Source: Candidatus Nanoarchaeia archaeon
GTDB taxonomy: Archaea > Nanobdellota > Nanobdellia > Pacearchaeales > GW2011-AR1
Length of the DNA: 14,902 nucleotides
Assembly (NCBI GenBank): GCA_049975665.1
Contig: JBNGDY010000006.1
Coordinates: 1 to 14,902 of the forward strand
Reading direction: 5' to 3'
The notes under the pieces were generated by a model that ran no database searches, was not told the DNA's origin, and saw only the letters and a program-made list of their open reading frames with translations. The first letter of the stretch is position 1; the number at the start of each line of letters is the position of its first letter. Positions 14,640-14,902 of the stretch are shown in pieces. The translations under genes and the position numbers were made by a program.

Positions 14640-14747
14640 ATTATCAAATCTTATAATGATTTTATTTATATACTACTAGAGATGCCCACTACTTCTTAAT
14701 CTAATATATTAAACAAATATTAATAGAATTAAAATTATTACAATCAT

Positions 14748-14902
14748 CTATCTCTTTAATGCCTTTCTCTGCATAACTTCTGATTGTTGAGCTTGTTTTT
14801 GTTTTTTAGCACCAGCTTGTTTCTTCATTTCCTTAGCTTGTTTTTCTTGTTCCTGCAGCTTCTTTTCAGCACCTGCTTTTTCCTTTTCTTCCTCACCCTC
14901 AT
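14748..14902 (-). CDS. C-terminal end of a hypothetical protein with K/E/Q-rich tail (5' part outside window)
   Basis: Hand translation of the reverse strand, in frame with the TAG at complement 14748-14750, gives ...EGEEEKEKAGAEKKLQEQEKQAKEMKKQAGAKKQKQAQQSEVMQRKALKR*. It is open to the window edge. It is low-complexity, so coding status and function are uncertain. Confidence 0.4.
   Translation of the reverse strand, partial: EGEEEKEKAGAEKKLQEQEKQAKEMKKQAGAKKQKQAQQSEVMQRKALKR

Noticed and set aside
14611-14747. 137-bp spacer upstream of cbf5 with a short direct repeat ACTACT...ACTACT, considered as a possible H/ACA guide RNA locus.
   Set aside because: I could find no hairpin-pocket-hairpin structure, K-turn or suitably placed ACA box. 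The spacer is adequately explained by the cbf5 promoter plus the 3' end of the truncated neighbouring gene.
1-14902. Search by eye for tRNA/rRNA genes, CRISPR arrays, transposases/integrases, terminal inverted repeats or defence-island genes.
   Set aside because: No GTTCRANNC-type T-loop with matching acceptor stems occurs in any spacer. There are no regularly spaced direct repeats and no recombinase, nuclease or toxin-antitoxin signatures. Gene content is housekeeping and composition looks uniform, so nothing supports a mobile element or defence island. Infernal, tRNAscan-SE and minced would be the definitive checks.

Overview
AT-rich, very gene-dense archaeal chromosome fragment. About 0.9 kb of 14.9 kb lies outside my called CDSs. 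Archaeal origin is supported by aRF1 (NIKS, YxCxxxF and GGQ motifs), an MCM helicase, a Cbf5-type pseudouridine synthase, an aMBF1-like Zn-ribbon/HTH protein, an RPA2-like OB-fold protein, and TATA boxes at a fixed distance from start codons. Short versions of conserved proteins, overlapping gene ends and largely leaderless promoters suggest a reduced-genome, DPANN-like archaeon; this is inference, not proof. I call 17 complete and 2 edge-truncated CDSs. They include valS, aRF1, mcm, cbf5, scpB, a GmhB-type HAD phosphatase, a metallophosphoesterase, a GtrA-like protein, a processive-type GT2 glycosyltransferase and several orphans. By eye I found no rRNA or tRNA genes, CRISPR arrays, transposases, integrases or recognisable defence genes. 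All three stop codons are used, so the genetic code is standard. I do not see a convincing self-contained novel system. The best leads are: (1) a ParB/sulfiredoxin-like orphan translationally coupled to the HAD phosphatase; (2) a TAATG-chained operon mixing aRF1, ScpB and a GtrA/GT2/membrane-anchored surface-glycan module; (3) an aMBF1 with a long Q/E/K-rich tail coupled to a 2-TM micropeptide; (4) two unusually long intergenic regions carrying repeats, plus G-run motifs near the RPA/MCM cluster. All functional calls rest on motif recognition by eye; no database search was run.
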